Shown one piece after another: positions 25,820 to 40,670 of a stretch of DNA of 64,000 nt (position 1 is its first letter; every line of letters starts with the position of its first letter). A program made the position numbers and the translations under genes. The stretch spans positions 1,860,001 to 1,924,000 of the forward strand of contig JAYWIR010000011.1 in the NCBI GenBank assembly GCA_036172245.1, written 5' to 3'. Source of the DNA: Raillietiella orientalis. Taxonomy: Eukaryota. The notes under the pieces are model-generated. The model was not told the origin of the DNA. It made no database searches and saw only the letters and a program-made list of their open reading frames with translations.

Positions 25820-28800
25820 CTAACCTGCTTCTTTGAAACCATGCTGAAATGATTTTTTCACAGGTACAACTATGGAGTCTGCGGAAGCTCTTTTCGTTGG
25901 TTTTACAGTTCGCATGGTAGAAGACACTTCATTACAATTATATGATCTAGTAAGGTTTTCGTAAATTCCGTTACTCTGAGTAGATAAGTCTGTATTGGGG
26001 AAATGATTTACCAAATTCTGAGTGCAGTCATTTTCTATATTCTTATCAATGCTTGATGAAGGTTGGTAAAAGTCCCTGGTAACTTCACAACTGCTTTCTA
26101 AGTTGACACCTTGTGAGGGTTTTGCTTTTGTGACATAGTTATGATCACAAGCTATACTACTTCCACTCTTGGAATCTACCTGATTACTCTGCTCAGAATC
26201 ATCTTCAAAAGGATAGGGGCTCACGGAATCACGTAATTTATCCACATTAGCATATGTATATTTAGGTGGAACACGATGAACAGGCTGTGGATCAGGTGAA
26301 GGTAAGGAAAATGAACTGCACATTTCTGTGCTGTGCACAGATGGCAACAAAGGTTGATTAATTCTTGAAATACTCAACCCTTCAGGAAGAGAAATAACTT
26401 TTTCAGTAGTCTCAAGACTTTCACCAGAGGTAGATGTTACACAAGATTTGAATACAAGTAAATTCGCAGTTGTGGTGGAAGTTGTCAACACACTTGTAGA
26501 TGGGGTCACAGTGGAAACATACACTTTGACTGGGCTCGATGAGGAACTTAAAATGGTCATTGTACTTGGTATCACACGTGAAGATTCAGTAGTCAGGGGG
26601 CGATAAGCACTAGACTGAGAAGACTGGACAGCTACAACTTTTACAGGAACTACTTTTGCACCTGTAGTCAACACCAGAGAGCTGTTGTTGACGTTACTAG
26701 TAACTGTCTCGGATTTCGAAGTGTCTGGAACAGCTGAATGAACTGAATCTATAGCACTCCGTGTGGGCAAAGACTTCAGAGCAATGCAGTCTGAAACAAG
26801 AGCTCCAAAAGCTACAGCTACAGAATTTGGATTTGAATTGGCGTGATGGTCCTCTTTAATAAAACTTGATCCTGATGAAGCATCACTAACAACTGTTCTT
26901 TCACTGGTAGGTTGATTGTTTTTGCATGCACATCCATCTGGAAGATCCTTTTCATCCTGATTAGGACTCTTCTCTGATTGAGTATCCATAGATTCAATTC
27001 CAGAATCTTCTCCCTGGATGCTATGCGGAGTAAGTTCGCCCTTGACTGGAGGTGCAGGACTTGGTTGACTCGTACGTGTTTCCAATGGAGGCAATTCTGA
27101 TTGAGGATTCTGTATTTCATTAACTTGGGTGGAATTTGCAGAATGCCATGTTCCAGACTCTGATCTGGAATTCTCTTTAGTACCATGGAGCAGAGCTACG
27201 ACTTGATCAGGAGGAGTACTTGGTATCTGCTTATCTGAGATCAGATGGCAACCAGTGCGATAAATGTTTAATCCATTAGTATTTGCTAGGGATGCAAGAT
27301 GACTTTTATCTTGAGGAAAAGGCAATTTCAATTTTTTAACAAGAGGAGACTTCCGAGAAGTTTTTTTCAGAGTGATTCCCACTGGAATAGACTTTACAGC
27401 TGGAAGCTTTTTACGCTCTCTGCTTGAGCTGCGCTCTTTTCTAATTCTTTCTTTGCTGCCAGTTGCACTATCTACAAACAACATTTTTCAAATTAAACTT
27501 TCAAGACACTGCCAGCTTACCTTTACCAAAATCTAAGGAGGATTCACTAGCTGACTTTCGACGGATCTTTTCCTCCAATTCTAGCACATTGCCAAACTTT
27601 ATTGTCTCTCTACTTTTCTCAGGTACCTCCCAGGATGACTGTCTTTTTACAGGAATCATACCAGATTTTTTGGACTCTGAATCATGTAACTCTAACTGTT
27701 CAACTGGCACAGTTGAAGTGGTGTCTACTGTTTTTTCTGGCACATGTTCTTCTACATGCACGTTTTTGTTGGTCACAAGCTCCTCTTTATCACTTCCCGT
27801 AACAGTGTTTTGCATAACACTTTCATTGGATTCTATTAATACAGCTGCATTGGGACCCTTTAAAGAGATACGTAAGCGTGGCACTCCAACTACTGGCTTA
27901 TTCAAGACTCTACTGGAAGGAAGTGATTCAGATTTAAGATCTACTTTTCCACTGGGACTAAGTTTGAGTTTTAATTTGAGCTTATCAGAGCCCATTGCAC
28001 TGGCTTCAGTTTCACCTGCTGGTTGCCATACAGTAGGAGACTTGACTGCATGGTTTGCTAAACGGACTTCTCCTTCAGAGTCTGAAAAATTCAATTCTAG
28101 CGGTGATAATTTGCCTGCTTCAGCTTCATTTTCTTCTGAACTAACTGATGAAGCAGATTCAAGTTCACCAGTCACAGGATTTATGAGGAATTGACGTTCT
28201 TGAGTAACACTTTCTCCAGAATGACTAGGTTCACTGATGCATTCTGCTACACTACTAGCAGATGGGGCATGTGAGGGAAATGAGAATTCATTTGCAGAAG
28301 ACGAAGTTTGTGGACTTGTATTGACAGACTGTACTGTAGCACTAGGAGCTGGCATCTTGGAAGTTCCTGCATAACATAACATATCTTTAATGCCATCTAA
28401 CAAATATGGGGAAGATGAAATCGTTGATGAAAGGCACCGGGGAACAGATGTGTTCCTCATTTGTTTGAAATCATCCTGTGTACTATTTTCAGATAATTTG
28501 TTTCTTGAATTTGGATTGGCACTCATGAAAGTAGAATTCCAGCAATTAAGAATTCGAGTTCGTTCTGATGCAGACAAAGAGTTACATGAAGAAGGTGGAT
28601 TTGATCGCCAAGTCAATCCCAATTGATGGGGACTAGAGGTTACTCTGGACATTTTATCACTCTGGATTTCTAAGGCACCTGTGGACAATGTTGGGGAACA
28701 TGTTTTTGTAGCAATTGCAGATCCTGAGTTTGCATCAGCTTGTAACAAATTAACTAATAACGAACTTTTATTACGTTCTGTTGAAGGTTCTGAAGTGGGG

Positions 28801-29530
28801 ACATGATTGCTATAAAGATTCTGAATATTATGTGCTGCATGAGTCATACTGCTAAAGGGAAACGGTCCAAAATTGGGTCCAACAGGACTATTACGTGGCA
28901 AGAAAGGAATAGGAGCACTTTGGGGTACAACTACATTAGGACTACGAAACTGCACCCCATTACTTCCAAATAATTCTCCTACAAAGTAAACAACAAATAA
29001 TGTTGAAAAATATGATAATACAGAAAATCTTTTGTTACCTGTTGAACTTGTTAATGAAGACATAGAATTTGTCCTTTCATTGATAGAGCTATTGGGTAAG
29101 CCTTGATGACGTTCTGTGTATTCTCCTGAAGCAGTCAATGAAATCACCTAGAAATCATTTTAATTCTTCATTAACACAAACATTAATACGCAACCTGATC
29201 TCCTTCCAGTTGCACAGACAAAATGCCCAGTTCTCTTAAGCTATTATCTCCTTGTTGAGCAAGATGCCGCAATCTCTGAGCAGCTGCAGGTGGTAAACTA
29301 AGAGTAACTCGAACACTATTCCAAGGTTCCACTTTTTTTATTGCAAGAGAATCACATCCTATCAAATTGAATTGTCATAACAACTGCATTTCTGAAATTA
29401 ATTATTTACTTTCACATAAGACTTTGAGATGTTTGATTGTATGGCTAAGTTTCAGTGGAAAATTAAGGTCTGTTAGACTTCCTTGATATATAACCACTGC
29501 ATCTAGCAAGCCTTCATCATTGCTGCCCAT
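25820..29530 (-). CDS. NCOA6: Nuclear receptor coactivator 6-like
   Basis: Exons 29410-29530, 29195-29358, ~29039-29147, ~27521-28978 and 25825-27471, with GT-AG introns of about 47-60 nt. The N-terminal domain YQGSLTD.NF..KL…[12 protein letters not shown]…RLRHLAQ…[13 protein letters not shown] and the LxxLL box LLVNLLQ match NCOA6. The 3' end is uncertain: stop at 25820, or a further exon at 25408-25586. Confidence 0.88.
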
Positions 29531-30719
29531 TTCTAATTACAAAAAAACAACAAACTGAAAATAAAGATCAGAAATCAAAAACAATGCACATTATTTAACA
29601 TCAGTTCCTTAGTTTCTGTGAGACACTATACAAAAAGTCTGTTTACTCTGACGATTTCAAGGGGTGTAAAATTTGATCACGTCTGTGTTTTTTTTTTTTT
29701 TTGGTTTAGCTTCAATATAAAAACATCATATAATTTACCCAATTCAGAACATGGAACACATTTATTTATAGAAAGTTATGCAAAATAACAATTATAAGCA
29801 CGAGCAAATCACCACTGGCTTTGCTTTAATGAACCTCAAATTAAATAAATTCCATCACTGCACGAAACTTACAAACAGGTATGGTCAGAAAAATTTGCAT
29901 ACTCTTAACATCAAATCTACTATTAATGAAGTCACCATATTTGTTATACTACCGTCCATAGAACATGGAGTACTACCTGAAGGAGCGAATCAGCATAAAT
30001 TATTTGCAAATCAAATCTGCGAATTGTATCTGTAAGCTTTCAGAGCCAATGAAAGTGGTAAAAAAAAAAAAACTTTAAACTCCTACTCTGAGATGTATAG
30101 CTGATTTTGTGGACGCAACCTTGGCAACTTGCTTTTATTTCCAGCAATCACACACATTAGTCAAACGAAAAAATTAAAAATAAGAACGAATTTTTTAAAG
30201 ACACTGTAAACAACGACTTTTTCAAACAAAACTAGGATACATGGGGGTAAACATTACAAATATATGAATTGCATTCAAGGCAAATGCCGTTCTTACAGAG
30301 ACCCAACAAAACGAGTTCCTAATTTCAGGGCAATCTACAGAACCATGCACTCAAAGGAGTCTTGGGCAATTAATAAAGGGAACTTATTTTTGAAATTGCA
30401 AATTACATGTACACAACAAATCACTTACAATTACATGCACACGCTTGCATGTGTAATGTACACATATGTACACACGTTTCCTAACCACTACACTGGTGCT
30501 TAACCTTAATTACAGTGCATACTAATTAACCACAATAGATACATGTTAACATGAATCCGATAATAACCGCCCTTGAAATAGTTACGAATGATAAAAGATC
30601 AAACCAAAAAAACACCCTTATGTTTCCTAACTATAATACAATAATGATTCTTTATAACTTACCAATATGAAGGGCCATGCTATTATTAAGGCAAAATTAT
30701 TTGTTAACTCCATTTAACA

Positions 30720-31100
30720 AACACTACAACCGCCATTTGCAATAACAACACGCGTCATGCGCAGATGGAGGAGTCAGTAAGTAATTTGAAGTCGCTGTTT
30801 AAGAAGCTACGTCTTCGCTTTTACGGTTTCTTTTTTGCTCCGTTTCGGTGATGGCAATCACCGAAAAGAAGTTGATAGAAGCAGATAGCGATAGATGCAC
30901 TTTTGGGCATGTAGGTACACTGCGTGTCGAAGTTCTTCTTGCTGTGTCGGATCTTTGTTCAAAAAAGCTGATTTGGAAAAGCCGATGATTTGATTCTTAA
31001 GTTTCCACCCAAACGTTTGCCTTGCCCGTGAACGTCTCGAAAATTTCGTTTGGAAGGGAGAATGCACATGAAATCGAAAGGTCTTTCGATCTGTAAAATT
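30720..31100. promoter_or_regulatory. CpG-retaining putative promoter upstream of NCOA6, possibly bidirectional
   Basis: CpGs recover locally. YY1-like CCGCCATTT at 30730-30738, NRF1-like CGCGTCATGCGCA at 30751-30763, and a + strand donor-like GTAAGT at 30777. Confidence 0.4.
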
Positions 31101-34100
31101 TTTCAGAGGCATCCGTGTGAAGCTTTCCCTATTTAAATAAAATCCCGCGTTGGTGTTCAACTGGAATATAACTTATGGGCCACCAACTGAATAAACCACA
31201 GCAAACGATCAGAACTATTGATATCCAAACAAAAAAGACCTAAAAAACTTGGCATCCATTGTAAAATTCAGATGCTTTTGTGCACAGGGTTGTAATTTTC
31301 ATAGAAATTCATAGCAAATCATTCGTGTAAGTTAGTACACATGAACACTGAAGTGGATACACTGCGTAATGTGAATGCAAATGGCTGCATATGTGTGTGT
31401 GTATGTGTGTATCGTTGTCACTGCCGTGTATACATAAGCCAAAATCACTTAAACTTTCAAAGCAAGGTAATGTAAACAGTGTCTCCACCAAGCACCGCTA
31501 ACCATAATGTAACCCATAATAGGAACTGCACTGCTACGGGAAAGAGATACACTTCTGAAGACAGGAAAGCAATCGAAATGTTCCGAAAACCAATCTTCCA
31601 GATATTCTAGACGTTTCAGAAGGCAAAACGCTCCTTTTGCACTATGGCAGCGATGGGTTGGCTGTTTCTAGTTAGCCCATTCAGTTGCCAGTTCTTACAA
31701 GGTTGAACGTGATACCATGAGTGGCAGTGGCAGCATTGCCGATGCAATGAACGAAAACCAGCAGGATACGTCTGTGCCACAAACCCGTGAACCACAACAG
31801 GACGAAAGCAAAGTACGGGAGAACTATCCTGGAAAACGAAATTCCAGACGAAGAGAAGCAGATGAGAATAGGTTTGCTACCAAGAGAACCCAAAAGCTCA
31901 TTTCGGAAAAGTACACAGTAAACAGCATGGGACAAGGAACAGAACGAAACGAATGGGAAACTTGGCTCACACTATCTTAGGGCCGATAGACAATAGGCTT
32001 TTACGTAGACAAAGGCAAGTTGTTTATTAAAGGCGTGCACATTACAGCAAATGAACTCAATTCTTCACTGATTTACTTGCGTACGTATCGGAAAAACATT
32101 TCGAGAAATCAGTACTTATATCTAACTCGATCTTGCATATTTCCTGGACCCGTTTGCTACTTTAAATGGCGCAACCACACAAATTCAACGTTGTCCTCAT
32201 TTCAAAAGTTGTATTGCTTATTTTCCATTTTTGTTTTGAATTGTACCGAAATTACGTGACAACCATGCTGGAAGTTATAGCGTGCTTTGTATTGCCATCT
32301 TGCTTTTTACTTCATTTCCACAGAGTTTTGTGAAATACTATTTATGTACTTTATTAGGAAGGGTCCTTGTCACCGCATCTGATTGCCTTTCCGACGAAAT
32401 TCCACCATAATATTTTTTCCACGTAGCATGCTCGTTCTTTTTTCCTTTTTACATAGTGGAAATCACGACCCTTCGGTTTATGGGGTGCAGTTAATCTCTG
32501 ACTTTCGAGCAATCAGTTTGCGAAATCATGAAGAAAGCTTCCACCTGAAACAATCCTCTGCAAAATCAGTTGCTTCAAAATAGCCTATTTTTCTAGACAC
32601 TATGTTTGAAAAGGATTTTTTTGATAAATACACTTCGAACTTTCTTATCACTTTTTCCTCGATTATTTATTACATTTGCTCGAGTTTATTTCATTCTGTT
32701 CAAAATCTTGTTCTCTTAAATGTCTGTACATTTCTTTTACACACACACACACACACATTTGCAATTTATTGAAGGAAATTTCAATTTCAAGAACTAACCA
32801 AACTTAAAAGACGAGTAAACTCACAGACTTTTTGCTTATCGTGTTGATAACCCGCTAACTTATGAACATATTGATTATTATTTCAAAAAGGTTACATTGT
32901 TATAATTAAGCAGGCATTTCAATATTGTAGGCAGTAAATAAGAAATAATTGCTTTCAGATTTACTGATGTTGCTTCGATTCATCATGACCAGGTGATTAT
33001 CTATTTACTTGTCCGGAGCATTTGGTATGCATCTTGTTCGTATGCGACCTCTGTTGAACATTCCAACTTTCAAACTCCTTGCAGAACGTTTGCAAAGATT
33101 TCCGACTATTCAGAAGAATAAATTTTAAAATCCTTTCAAGAGACTTGTTGCATTCTGGATAGCAGTCTCCTTTGGGTAGTAGATTGTAGCTGTTCCGATG
33201 AACATCATGTTCAGTTACTTTAAGGAATTATTCAATGGGTTCCGATACTGTGGTACTGTCAGTTCGCCCCTAAAAATAAATATGAAGCTCGAATTCGTCT
33301 ATGAAGAGCTGCGTAGTTGTGACATACACCCATTATCTTTGTAACGTAAATTCGTTGAATATATTCTTAAATGCATCTCTATCTGTACACTGGTAATCTT
33401 CTTCCTCATCACACATTTCGTTTCTTACCCCTTAGATCGCTTTTCCATGTTGCTGATTCTTTTAAATCTCTATCTCAAATCAATGGATTACATTAAATAT
33501 CAGAATATAAAGAATGCATTGTATCCCTTAAATTTCAGTATTTTTCTTATGTATTTTATTGTATTTGCAAACATTTCCTTCTGCTACCTATTCGCATAAA
33601 TAATATTTGATCAATCGAGTACCTTACTTATATCATTCACCTGTGCTTTGATTTCCAATTATTCACTTCACTTTTGTTCCACATGAGACATTTCATCCAC
33701 ATTATTTCTTTCCGATTTTGATTATTATAATCATATCCTTGTTATACCAGCTCTATTCTTTGGTCTTTAAAATTACACTCCAGTCAGTATTTTGCGAACA
33801 CTTCGGACACTCATAGCCAATTCGAAAACAAGTAGACATTTTGCAGGTGACATCTAACTCATGAGTATTCATAACAGCTTTTTCCTTTTCAGAGTTTTTA
33901 AAAATTAACCTGGAGTCGACCACCAATGTCTTAGTAGTGCTTTATATAAGGTTTGCCAATTCCATGCTAATTAAAAATTCCAATCTTGACAGTCTAGTGC
34001 ACTTTCTGAACCTCTTTCCAGTGACTTCATTTTCTTGAACTGATGTCTGAAATCAGTTACACGCTCACTGAGACATTTGTTCGGACTACAAAAACGACTT

Positions 34101-35436
34101 CATCCTGTATTAGCCACCTGAGAGTGCAGTATAATGCACATATTGAGTAAGTGGTTTTCCGCTTACGTAATATTCATGCAATAGTTTTTAATTCATAGAG
34201 AGGGTTTTAATACGAATCAGTTCAGAATTTTTAAATTTCATGACTGAAAAAGGAAAGTACAATCGTAAGACTATTGATGAGAAGACAGGAGGAACGCTGA
34301 TAACTAAAGATAACGCTGATAACCTGTGATTCCTTTAAAAGAATCTGGCGATTTCTATAATGGAAATGAATGTTGTTTTTTCATGTTTTCATGCAAGTTA
34401 TGTGATCTTCTGATAAGTTACGGTTGCATATGTACACGTGTGCACAGTGATCTATATCCTCATTCGTTTTATGTATAATCGAGGAGAAAACCTATGCAAG
34501 AAATCAAAACCTCCATGCAAAATAAATAAAAGAATTAATGAATTACGAAATGTAAAGGAATTTGAAGTACCACTCTGCCAACTCCATTCTAAGAAACAAA
34601 TGTATTGCGAGTACTTTGCTTGAGTTCTGCTCACACAAAAGATATAAGATACATAATGTTGAAAGTTTATTTAAAATATATTTATGAATTGATGTCTCAG
34701 ATATTGCAAAGCGGATTAAAGAAGAATTGTAAAGGAAACACAGATTAACATTTATTTATTTATTTACCTATTACTCAGTATCTGTTATATGTATTTGATT
34801 AAAATATCAATGTGCTAAAATTATTTCAAATGGATATGATTTAAATAAATTAACCATGGAATTTCACCCAAAACTGTCAAGCAATAAATTGGCACACCAA
34901 CAATGATGAGTACGAAGTCAAACATGCCTTAGATGAATAGTATTATCAAGAGTGAAAAAACGAAGCTGAGAAGACGAACTCAGTCAAAGATCAGTCTTAT
35001 GTTAAATATCTTATATCGCACTCACTTTTTTGGAGCAGTATTTTTGTATTCAAAATACCCATAAATTTAGAAATGCATAACATTAAATCCTCTCGGTAAG
35101 AGCTTATGCTTCAATATATGCGCTTGTTAACACTACTTTATTAATTAAAAAATGGGTCAGGCTGTTTTTAAGTCTCATACTTATAGGAGGATTAGAGAAA
35201 AGTCATGTTGGTAGAAAATGAACAATTTTTTATTGATATAAGAAAATCTCCAAAAACAAATATCGTAAAACTTGGTAATGCTCTTTCCCTGCGGAGGTTG
35301 GGAATTTGTGTGAAAGTGATGTCTACATGGGGAATGAAGTCGAAAATTGAAATATGCTTTGCAATCGGATTTACCTCAGTAAACGTACCCAGCACATGGA
35401 GCAGTTAGTTCGACGTAATTGAAATTGGATTTTCAT

Positions 35437-37958
35437 ATGGCTACTCCTGGAAAATCAAAACCCGTTCTTACTACACAAAGTAAGGAATCCGAATCAATTT
35501 GGGATAAGTTGGGAACCATTGGCAGAAAGAAGAAAATCAAACAAGGTAGTCATTATCTTAGAAATGCAATTATATCGAGAATTCTTCAACTTATACATAT
35601 ATATGTATATGGAGTATTTTATTTCTCAGAAGTTAAGTAATAGTGACTAATTCTGTGTTTTTAAAGATTATTGTGTGTATTCTAATACCAGTATTTTGCA
35701 ACACCACCTTACCATGGCATCTATTTAGAATAATTGAATTTTGCAGGAATCAGATAAATTGCATTAATTCCCATGCTTCCCATGTCCTATTTATGATGTG
35801 TGTATATACTTTTTTTTTTGTTTATTAATGAGCTATTGAAGTGTGTATTTTGTTTTTTCTGTTGCATTTTCGTTTTAACTCTCGCTTGATTTGATTCTGT
35901 ATGTAATCATTTAAACTGTTGTGGCGATGTTTAATAATATGTTTGTTATCGAAATACCAAGGCATTACAAGTTTGTTTTTATATGTGTGTTCAGTGAAAG
36001 AGCTCGAAATTGAAGGACAGAATGCAATTGAATCACCTGGCGGCCCTGTGATAGTTGATATCCCTCCAGAAGAGTATGAGTTGGGTATGCATTATAACTT
36101 ATTTTACTATTTCTAGTAATTTTTAAGAAAATGGTTTTAAGGGGTTCATCTTTCCATAGTGAAATGAGTCATGGATTGCTGATATGAAATTTGTGTTGAG
36201 AACAGGATGTATTTTGGAGTTTTTCTATTTTACTGTCAGCATATTGAAATGATAAAGTAAAGTTTGTGATGTCGCTTGCTAGTTGTTTATTTGGTATGCA
36301 ATCACAGTTAATATAATTGCAAGAATAAACCCCAAAATCAAATTTTATTCATATTGTGTTTAATAATAATGACATAAGATTTTATGAAGTTCAGTTACTA
36401 ATCTGTAGTACATTTTTTTTTTTTTCTTCTTCAAAAAAAAAGCAATTTTGTTGCTGTTTTAAAACTCTTAACATCAGTAACTGTAGAAGGCACATTTTGC
36501 CTCCTTATTCTGCCATATTTCGTAATTGCAATATGCAGAATTTATCCCGGTTAATTAAATTTTCCTAGTTATACCTTTTAATTTTTATAAGACCAGAAAG
36601 ATAGAAGAAACAGTTTTTTGTAATAATGGTGAATACTAAGAAATGTAAAACTGCTCATTGCTAGGGAGTGAAAAGCAGTGTTTGAAAAATCAGAAATGGA
36701 ATGATATGTTTATCTCTCAAAAGCATTTTCTTTCGTTGGGAACAATAGTAATTAATGCATTTGTATTTTAATTATTTCAAAATATTGGATCACATATAAT
36801 GTAATTCTTGAATTGCATTTCTTGGTGGTTATATTTTAGGAGATAATGAAGCACGATGCATGATTTCTCCAAAATCTTTCAATGATCCTGCTGTAAACAA
36901 TCTCATTAACGTACTTATTGAATGGCTAAATGATGAATTATCAACTGAAAGAATCATCATTAAAGATATTGGAGAAGATCTATATGATGGTCAGGTGCTA
37001 CAGAAGCTTATAGGTATAATTCCTATTATGCTCTGAAAGATGAGTGTGAACTTCCAGAAAAGCTTGAAAACTTAAGATTGGACTGTCCTGAGGTGTCCTT
37101 ATCTGAGGAAGGACAAAAGCAAAAGTTGCAGCGTGTTATTACCAGCATCAACCAGGTTTTCAATAGTTTAGAAAACCCTTAACATAAAATTTGCTAGATT
37201 CTGGGACTCAGTAAAATGGAACCGAAATGGACTGTTGAAAGCATTCATTCCAAAAACATTGTGTCCATGTTGCACTTGTTAGTGGCAATTGTTCGCCATT
37301 ATCGTTGTCCTATCCGACTACCTGAGAATGTTGAAGTGGAGGTTGTGGTGGTCCAGGTATTAAGGAGGTGCTGGAGAATTTTACCTAATGTAAATCTGCA
37401 GAAAAAAGATGGTCACTTAGAGCATCACACTATTAAAGAATATGTTACTCGAATATACCAGGAATGTGGGATGAGGTGTGAGAAAGATGCGTTTGACACT
37501 CTGTTGGATCATGCTCCAGATAAGCTTCAGCTGTTTAAAAATGTGTGTTTGATATCTTACTGCTTAGTTACTTATTTGACTTTGTTCGTTCTATTTTATA
37601 GTCCCTTCTTGTGTTTGTCAATAGTCATTTGAGAAAACTTGCTCTAGAAGTTGATGACATAGAGCATCAGTTTCATGATGGTGTACATTTGATTCTTCTC
37701 ATGGGTCTTCTGGAAGGTTATTTTGTCCCTCTTTATTCTTATAATTTGACTCCAAAAGAATTTGAGCAGAAAGTACACAATGTTAGTTTGGCCTTTGAAT
37801 TAATGCAAGATGCACATTTGCCTCAGCCAAAAGCTCGTCCAGAAGGTAAATTACAATTATTACTACAAATCCAATGATTTCTAGATGTTGTGAATTTGGA
37901 TTTAAAATCCACTTTGCGGGTTTTGTACAACCTGTACACTAAGTACCAAAATAAATGA
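35437..37958 (+). CDS. PARVA: Parvin (alpha/beta-parvin, PAT-6 family; two calponin-homology domains)
   Basis: Eight exons join in frame: 35437-35545, 35995-36084, 36840-37013, 37058-37155, 37198-37356, 37402-37542, 37602-37845, 37885-37958. Motifs KLGTIGRKKK, WLNDEL..ERIIIKDI.EDLYDGQVLQKL, DAFDTLLDHAPDKL, QFHDGV.LILLMGLLEGYFVPL, DVVNLDLKSTLRVLYNLYTKY. Confidence 0.95.
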
Positions 37959-40559
37959 TGTCATTTTATCACAGGAGTGATACTCGAAAGAAAAAAAACT
38001 CTGAGGAAGTGAAAGAAACACAGGAGAGATGCTTCAGTTGAAACAATATGCTTAACATGACCTAATCAAAACAGTTCTATTTTCACTAAAAAAGTGCATT
38101 CTGAACAACACTGATTTGCACTGATCTTCAATATCCTCTTTTATTAAAAGTGCTAATCTTGATGTTATGCTAAGCAGATTCTATTCTCGATAAGTTTTTC
38201 TAATGTTTGCAAACTAACAGAAGTGCCTTTCATTAAAGAAAGCATTATAGCAATAAAATGTGCATTCTCATGGGAACTCTGGCCTATTGTTATCATGCCA
38301 TTCAAAAAAATCTGATTTTAGCGAATCCTTTTTGCTTTTCAGAAAGCTGCATTCATTAGGGATAAATAACTAACAAGAAATTCTAGTGACACTACAAGAT
38401 GAATGCTTGCTTGAGTGCACTGCTCAAGCAAACAAAAGTGTAATGTACTTGGAAGCAAATCCCAACCAGAGAAAGGTTGTTACATCAAGAAACTACCAAC
38501 TAGTTTTTTCACTAAATTCGGTCTCCTTAATGGCTCTAAATTTGAAATGAATAGGAAGTGAGATCATTGCCTAGAATGGTAAACGTGACTTTGGGGACGA
38601 AGGGGGAAGAGGGGGGCTTGTTTTCCAAGGCTTTCTTCAAAACTCTACTGGTCGTTGACTTGAGTTTTGCACATCAAATCTGGACTGAGCAATGTTGCCA
38701 GCAGTTGTTTGGTTGAACATCCGTGATTTCTAATGCAAAACGATTTCTAATGACATTGTGAATGCAAAGACGTCAATAGTCACGCAAGATGAGAAAAATA
38801 GCTAAGTTTGCAGAGTTTGAGGAACCCATCAGTTGAAGTTATTCAGATAATCAAAATTTAGTAAAACAGAACAGGTGTTCCAATCCTTTTTCAATGAAAT
38901 CTGATTTCACATGGTATTTTTTGATTCACGACATATATGAACTGCTACAACATTTCTAAAGAACGCAACTGTAAAACTGAAAATATGTTTAATTTGTAAC
39001 TTAAGTCAGGGCTTATCTTAAAAGTAGAAAATTAAGGAGGCGTTCCTTTAATCATCGAAATAAGATCTGCATGCATTTTCTGGCACATCAGCATCTAGAG
39101 AAAGTAAAATTCCTGTATCAGTCCGAAAACCATCACCTCCAGCTTTAAGATGAGTTTGTGGAACCACTAGCCCAAGAATCCTTTCAAAGATTAAGTTGCT
39201 AACTCAATAAACAAATTGCTTCTCTCCATCACAAAAGAACACAAAGTTGTACGTGGTTTCAGCCCACGTATAACTTCTCTACATTAGTATTCAGTCCCTG
39301 AACACAATCCAGTATGTAATTCACTCATATTCAAAGCTTTTAATTAGGCACACTAAGTTTTATTTAAGTCATGAAAGATTCAGTATCAAATCTATTTTGT
39401 GAATTGGACCTTGAGTTCATTCCGAATTCTCAAGCTTCATATTACCCTGATAAAAAAAGTACTCAGTAATAATTATGCTTCTACATTCATTTCATCTTTT
39501 CAATTCCATTTGCTGCAGAAAAAAGCTAAATTCAAATAGACAAACTCAGAATGGAAAAACAACAAAATTCCGACTTCTACGGACCATTTTCCCGCAAGAT
39601 ATCTTCACTTCATTTCTACTTTATTTCTGTTTGTCCCTAAATTTACCAATGATGTAAGTCTGAAATCCTTTTCAGGACTATTGGGAGATTTGTACTCAAT
39701 TGTTTGAAAACTCCACCTATTTTTTAAACACAGATCTACAAATAGAATGTACCGTATTATTTCGATCCACCTATAAAATAACATTCATTTCTTCAAATAT
39801 TAGCTCTGTATAGATTATTCCTTTCGTCTATAAGCTGAATTAGGATTAAATTGCTGTTGATAATCCGTAATAAATTGCCTTTTCTTCGAGTAATGTCATA
39901 TGAATGAAAAAAATCAGTCAATCACTTTTTCTGATCTGAAATACGTGGATTTCCTTCTTCAAGCAGTCTCAGTTTCATGAATGACATTTGATTTACAAAG
40001 CGCCTCATGATCTAAATATTTATCAATCAAAATTCAATTAGACAGACAAGATTTGACTGGAAAAGCATTTTTATGGTTCATCGAGAATGCAAATCATTCA
40101 CTAGGATTTCAAATTGGTTCTAAATATCTTGGAAATTTTACTATGACTTATTAATACTTATAATATGCACGAATATAATAATCACTTTTTATTCTTAACA
40201 TGTTCTTGGCAGAAGTTTTGAATATTATTTCATCTCACGTTCCTGAAGCCTGATTTCTAGCCTGAGTTAATACTAATAAGAGTTTCCAAGAGTAAGGCTT
40301 TTCTAAAGTCCAATTTGGTTTATACATTAAATACATATTATTCAGTTTAAATTAATTTTCTGAAAAACTGAACGATTTATTTCCATGTTATACATACATT
40401 TCGTGAGGTATGTATATGTACTCTTGCACACTGAAGGAAGTTTTAGCTAGTTTTGTACTGATCTGAAACTGAGAAATGATAGGTTATTAGTTCGTGTACT
40501 ATTGTGTAGGCCTTAGGTATCTTTTGTATACTGATGCAATGTTTATGTCGGAAGGATCA

Positions 40560-40670
40560 GTCTATGATCGTACAATGTCGTGTAAGTACAACGGTGCTGA
40601 TGCATTTTTTGAACGCAGTATGGAATAAAGACTTGGTGATTCCGGATGGCGGTAAAAAATTTTCAAAGGT
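40560..40670 (+). promoter_or_regulatory. Putative promoter or first non-coding exon of the CEP192-like gene
   Basis: Small CpG cluster in otherwise CpG-poor DNA, YY1-like GATGGCGG at 40645-40652, and donor AAG|gtatta at 40669. The CEP192 ATG is preceded by an acceptor (tttctgtag|GAGAAATG). Confidence 0.35.

Noticed and set aside
27463..28194. 243-aa + strand ORF
   Set aside because: It is the antisense shadow of an NCOA6 exon.
32950..33350. AT-rich integrase-like trace on the - strand (YYPK/GDCYPECNKSLERIL)
   Set aside because: Only one weak anchor, too degenerate to call without a search.
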